64,000 nt of DNA, taken from the NCBI GenBank assembly GCA_965644265.1, contig OZ286472.1, positions 39,556,001 through 39,620,000 on the forward strand. The letters run 5' to 3'. Shown here piece by piece: positions 62,010-64,000 of this stretch. Made by a program: the position numbers and the translations under genes. Under the pieces are notes generated by a model that saw only the letters and a program-made list of their open reading frames with translations, did no database searches and was not told where the DNA came from. Origin of the DNA: Glycera tridactyla (taxonomy: Eukaryota). Position 1 is the stretch's first letter, and each line of letters begins with the position of its first letter.

Positions 62010-64000
62010 GGAGGCAGGGAGGGAATCTGTTTGTGTATTCATGTGAAAAACCACTATCGTCCTTGGCAAAGAGCAGGGGATGGGCCCCAGTAGCAGTGCC
62101 TCCTTTCTCCATCATCTTCATTCTGACATAACACGGTGAGGTTTTTCTTTGATATATTCTTTATTCAATTTTGCTAAATGGGGGGGGGGGGGGGGGGGGT
62201 AAACAACCATATTGCCTCAATGAGCATAAACAACAATTAGCAAGTAAAGTGGATCAATATGTTAGGACTTAACAAACAGAGTTTGCCAGATGGAATCAGC
62301 ACCGAGCAGAGGTTGAAAGGATGTTAAATCCAAACCAGAAACTCTTACAGTGTATCCCCAATCATGGGTGCTATTTTTCATGTAAAAGCGTGATAACTCC
62401 ATAAAAAAAATATTCAAAAGTGCTGCAGCACTTCGATAGAATCATCCTGTAAAAGTGAAAATCACATGTGAAATGAATAAGGACTTGCACAGCAAAAAAA
62501 AGGTGATGGCTGGACGGACAGACGCCTACCATTTATTCCACAGGTTTTCTATAACGACCAATGTCATTTTGAGGGTATGATGGGGGTGTGGTGCGTGATC
62601 ACCCCCCCCCCACCACTTCGTGTGTTTCCGTGCATGAGCTGAACATCGCCGAGCGAGTTGAAACAATCGTTGCCATGGTAGAGTTACAATGTCGCACTCT
62701 TTTGCAGACGCAGAATCGGGTCTCTCTCNNNNNNNNNNNNNNNNNNNNNNNNNNNNNNNNNNNNNNNNNNNNNNNNNNNNNNNNNNNNNNNNNNNNNNNN
62801 NNNNNNNNNNNNNNNNNNNNNNNNNNNNNNNNNNNNNNNNNNNNNNNNNNNNNNNNNNNNNNNNNNNNNNNNNNNNNNNNNNNNNNNNNNNNNNNNNNNN
62901 NNNNNNNNTATAGTAATTAGAGAAAATTAAGAAGTACCGGTGGGGTGAGATCTTACTCTAAATAATCACACCAACAAAACAAATGAAGGATAATGACCCC
63001 ATTCAGAAGGGATTGTTGAGAAGTGATCGTAGTTTCTAGGATAGATGTCAGCTTCCATGATGACAAATATCCCCCCTCCTTCCATGCACTATGTACACCT
63101 AATTGACCAGTTTGCCTCTACAGGAATATGTGCCCAGTCTCCATAGCAACCCAGCAACTCCTCAAGTCACAGCAATGCAGCTCTACTGCTAGCCTGAGGA
63201 CAACTGCACTGATATCTGAGTACACCCGGAACTGGCTATCATCCCTTGAAAATAGCATCACTGGCAGGATCATCGCTAGGTCGCCATGGTTTCCAGGGAT
63301 ATCCGTGAATCGGTCCCCCGCTTGCATATGAATGCGATTCAATGACCATCATCGGATCCAATATTGCAGGAGGAAGAACACAATATTGCTATCCTGAGCC
63401 TACCACAAAAATAGCACTTACAGGTATTATAAATAAAACACGGGAGAAAACACACACTAGAAACCAGCCAAAAATTCATGGGTGGATCAAACCGAGTGTT
63501 CCTATACAATCAAACCTACAATGAGAGATCACTCAACTTGACACCACCTCTGATAGAGGATCATTTTCTCATGACAGCTTTTTAATTCAAAATAGTCAAA
63601 TCATTAGTCTCAGAAGAGACCACTTTTGATGAGAAAGTATTTTTGTGACATCTCAAACTGTCTCGCATCAAAAGGTTTCATTGTGGTGCAGGTTCACTTG
63701 ATACATACACCTTAATACTAAAATGCATCCCTTCTCTAAAGCCATAGGCCATGCACTGGATAAAAGACAATATTACCCTAAAAAACCAGTGAATAGCAAG
63801 GAATGTATATCAACTGCACATGTTTGGAGGACACTCCCCAGTTTGTTGAATATCTGTTTTATATGACCATACCATCTAGTAGTGTTAGGATGATTCGTCC
63901 AGAAATCGATGTCTTTGATTTAATTGGGTTTGATCCTACTGATTGATGCTACCCTGTCAGAATCAATTTTTTTGCCTTTCATTCTTAAGATGACAGGATG

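Noticed and set aside
63137-63150. GTCTCCATAGCAAC, an RFX X-box match (partial match near 62669)
   Set aside because: A single degenerate 14-mer with no identified gene start; expected by chance at this window size.

Overview
AT-rich, repeat-dense eukaryotic DNA with sized N-gaps. Its repeat families (L2/CR1 LINEs, Crypton, pogo/hAT/piggyBac/Harbinger MITEs, Helentron-type HINE/CvA elements) are typical of a marine invertebrate; the species cannot be determined. No rRNA, tRNA gene, CRISPR array or confidently identifiable intact host gene was found. The most informative locus is about 2.8-7.8 kb: a spliced, Crypton-type (DUF3504-like) tyrosine-recombinase gene. It was inactivated by two nested DNA-transposon insertions and a frameshift, and its reading frame can be rebuilt by hand. 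It is surrounded by about 8 copies of an AGTAW-N(7-8)-WTACY inverted-half-site motif, bracketed by a direct repeat, and ends in a 143-bp palindrome. A second, TIR-less insertion with a 4-bp duplication and a terminal 147-bp palindrome (17463-17958) looks like a non-autonomous Crypton-type element. Elsewhere there are many MITEs with readable TIRs/TSDs, several nests whose empty sites can be verified inside the window, three 5'-truncated LINEs, HINE-like elements with about 145-bp internal arrays, several minisatellites, and a possible decayed ORF at 55-60 kb. All family assignments come from hand-read motifs and TIR/TSD structure; no database search was run.
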